From positions 682,001 through 746,000 of the forward strand of contig CAJFCJ010000011.1 in the NCBI GenBank assembly GCA_904063045.1: 64,000 nt of DNA, read 5' to 3'. This document shows, in pieces, positions 60,962 through 64,000 of the stretch. The position numbers and the translations under genes were made by a program. The stretch is from Dimorphilus gyrociliatus (Eukaryota; Animalia; Annelida). The stretch's first letter is position 1; the number at the start of each line of letters is the position of its first letter. The notes under the pieces are model-generated. The model did no database searches and was not told the DNA's origin. It was given only the letters and a program-made list of their open reading frames with translations.

Positions 60962-63278
60962 TCACGCTCCAATCACGCATTTTTGCAGTAGAGTGCCTCG
61001 CGGTGGATGGTCAATGACTGCAATTAGCTCGATTGTTGAGACAAATGTTATGCTTACCGCCTGACTGCGCGGACATGATTGAGGGAGTAGGCGACGGAAC
61101 CGAACCGTTTACCACTGCGGCTTGATGCTTCTTTTGCCTGGCTCGGGAATTTTGAAACCAAACTTGAGTCACTCTTTTACTTAATCCCGTCGCAAGGGCA
61201 ATTCGTTCGAGGTCCTGTCCATCTGGATTAGAATCCAATTGGAAATTTGCTTGTAAAACTTGTAATTGTTCTTCACTAAAGGTCGTTCGTACTCTTTTGG
61301 ATTTCGTTTTGTGCGGGGAAGCGTCTCCGTCTGTAAGAAAATCAGTCACGACATTCAACGGAAATGCGTGAGAAGACGATGAATCGCGGACGACTCCCGC
61401 TAGACTCTTATTAGATTAGCAACTGGCCAGCGGTCAGTAGTCGGCCAATCAAATCTTTGGTATCTTATATTTGCTTGTATAAACACACTTACCGCTCTGT
61501 CCTCCACCTTCCAACAATTCTATGTAGTGAGTTTTACACAAGACTTTGTTTTCGTGCAAAGCAAATTCTTCCCCAGTAGATAGCTGACGCTTACAAGCAT
61601 CACAAGCAAAACAGGCCAAATGGTAGACATTTTCACGAGCTCGTCGTACCCAATCTTTTGGTTGGATATTTCGATCGCATTTGGAACATTTAGTTCCAAA
61701 ATGTCTGAAAAATTTTTTAGAAATTCTCTTTATTTATCTTTTGATCAGCAACAAAATTTAGCAAGAAAGTGAATTTTTTGTGATCGATGTACAGATATAA
61801 ACAGCAGTATGCCACTGCAAATCAGTGATGCATAAAACGACAATGACGCCCCTGATTCATTCTGTTTAATTGAGCGGTAACAATGAGCTGGGTTCGTAAA
61901 TGTCACGCCCATCATGCAAAGATATATTCTTAGACAATCACCTTAAGTAATCCAGCTTGCAGTAGATATGGTCTTCTTTAATGTAACACGAGGTATGTCT
62001 GTCCAAGGTCGTTTGACATATACAGCACCGTAGACAAGTTGAATGCCAAGTTTCTCCACTTACTTTAAGCAAATACCGACACGTTATCAATTCTCCGCAT
62101 CCAGCACAGAACGCGTCTATTGTAGTTTCACTCTGCAGCAATTGTAACTTGATTAACAAGTTAGAAACGTTTAATATAGATAACTGAAAATTTCTGTTGA
62201 TCATAGTTCAGATAACATGTCCAGAACTTGATAAATGAGCACAGGCGGACGAGATACTTTTATGGATAAGATGGACAATAGGCGAGTACCACCGCCCCTT
62301 TGGTCGCGATATGAATTCTAAATGAGCGAGAAAATACACAGAAATGCGCAGATGGGCAGGCGTGAGCAAAAATGTCGTGCTTCGTTTGTATTCTCAAAAC
62401 GCGCTATGATTTCATTTGCAACACTAACGCAAACACAAAGCGTCTTGACGCCGCTGTCTGCCAAAAGTCGAGGCGTCTAACTAGATTTTCCGTATACTAA
62501 CACGCTCACATCAGTCATATGTGGTACGTATAAAGAAAATGTGCGTCAAGCGTTCCGATTAACAGGCGTCAGAATTCGGTTACGTCATTACTTTATAGTA
62601 TTAAGGCCGAAAAACGACAACACCTGGTATTCGTATAATACTTGAAGAACATAATGATCCTATGCGGAACGATGAGTACCTTTGACTATGCCTCTTCTCA
62701 ACATAATTATTATCGCAATTTTCTCCTCAATCATTTCTTTCGAGTATATATTTATCATTGCGCATGTCTCATCGAAAACAAAGGAAGAAAAAAAACGTTT
62801 TCGGATTATCTTTTATTTAAGACTATTCTACTGCTTAATAAGCTTTCGAGATTACGAGGATTCTAAAGTCAGAACCTGAATTTGTTTAGAGGAGTATTGA
62901 ATTGTGCTCAGTTTAATGTCAAACCTTTATGTGTGTTTAACGTCAGAGTAAAATAAAGGTAATAGCTTAATCTTCTTAAATTCTCATCATCACATTGAAA
63001 ATTGTAAACCTTTGAATCTTAAAAATATGAATTTACCATGTTAAAGAATTTTTTTCTATCGTTTATGATGTTAAATTCAAGAGTTTTGATTTTTAAAGCA
63101 TAAAAATATTAATAAACAATACTTTAAGTGTGATAAAGAATATAATTCATACCTTTAAATTTCCGGAGTAAAGTGTTATTCTGCTATCAACACTGGAACA
63201 AGACGAAGATTCTCCAAATGATTCGAGAAGCATATTTGCGGAATTAGTTATGACGTGATCTGTCGATGATGAAGACAT
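60962..63278 (-). CDS. Awh: LIM-homeobox Arrowhead (Lhx6/8)
   Basis: LIM1 [16 protein letters not shown]...[17 protein letters not shown]2 [17 protein letters not shown], homeodomain [34 protein letters not shown]...[11 protein letters not shown]. The first exon 63278-63153 (42 codons, phase-0 donor GTATGA) and the last exon are inferred. Confidence 0.92.
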
Positions 63279-64000
63279 TTCACTCTCTGCGATTATACGC
63301 TAAAGTGTCGAGAGCGTAAACAAACGTTCAGTCAAGCGAAACTAAAGGCTAACCGCTGAGAAATCTGAAGTAATGTATGCAAGAAACTCAGCCAATCAGT
63401 GAAGAGTAGGTTGCAAAAGCCCCTACTCATTGGCGGATTGCTATTACGTAAACTATAGGCTTATATTCCATACCAGTCGATAAATTTTGTTGATAAACAT
63501 CAAAAACGATTCAGTATCATATATACAAATTAGATTAATGAAGTTTGTATGAATTGAACATGAAGATATACGAACTTGAGAGATTATGATCTATGAATAG
63601 CTATCTCGAATGGTAAAGAACGTGTCAATATTCCCTGCCGTCAGTCTTACACCTTCCCTATGGCTTTAGTCTTATAATCACTCACAAACGGACCAAACTG
63701 TGTCTCACTTACTCTCTCATTCTATTTGAGGTCAGAAGATTGACAAAGTAGAATGATATATTATATAATGCAACAGAAAGTACTAACTACGTAGGGCAGG
63801 AGCTAAAACGCACAAATTATATATTACTAGGTACTTATTGAGTCTATTCATTAAGTAAGAATTTGTTCGTCATATCTATTTCACTAAAAACAGTTCTCTT
63901 GATAATTAGCATATCGCATTTGGACATTATTTACACCATCATGCTGACACATTATATCATTCAGTTCTAGTTACAGTCTCTTTTATTAATTAGATAATGT

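Noticed and set aside
60640-60972. 110-aa minus-strand ORF downstream of Awh
   Set aside because: It starts at a non-ATG codon, has no recognisable domain and lies in the probable Awh 3'UTR; better explained as GC-rich regulatory DNA.
63181-63303. Plus-strand acidic reading frame with an in-frame TGA ([10 protein letters not shown]...[11 protein letters not shown]), suggestive of selenocysteine or read-through
   Set aside because: It is the antisense shadow of the Ser-rich minus-strand exon 63278-63153, which has an ATG and a phase-compatible donor for Awh; no SECIS was seen.
1-64000. tRNA, rRNA, CRISPR arrays, transposase or reverse-transcriptase ORFs, U12-type introns
   Set aside because: None recognised by eye; small snoRNAs or short degenerate elements cannot be excluded without Infernal/tRNAscan/RepeatMasker.

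Overview
AT-rich, very gene-dense eukaryotic (animal) nuclear DNA with mostly 45-110 bp GT-AG introns, so most entries in the six-frame ORF track are single exons or antisense shadows. I can support 24 protein-coding genes: a BHLHE22/23-type bHLH, CCDC170, a COX7A2L-like gene, EHD1, YPEL5, a short dystrophin-family WW-EF-ZZ protein, KEAP1, PTPN14/21, THADA, ITPK1, a GT4+TRADD-N-like protein, an MCL1-like Bcl-2 protein, ABCG1/4, CPQ, an eclosion-hormone-like secreted peptide, a small PH+CaaX protein, GPLD1, Pax1/9, FBXO28, an acylated globin X-like gene, NEK6/7, ODR4, NUP214 and Arrowhead/Lhx6-8. The compaction and gene repertoire suggest a miniaturised invertebrate such as the annelid Dimorphilus gyrociliatus (inference only). 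Three small spliced genes are absent or truncated in the ORF track: COX7A2L-like, EH-like and PH-CaaX. The most interesting candidates are the conflict-system-type GT4+TRADD-N protein lying next to an MCL1-like gene with a degenerate BH1, the six-cysteine EH-like peptide, the prenylatable PH-only protein, and several exon-level modules (ABCG linker microexons, duplicated NEK N-lobe exons). I recognised no rRNA, tRNA, CRISPR array or intact transposon. All homology calls come from motif recognition by eye, not from database searches.
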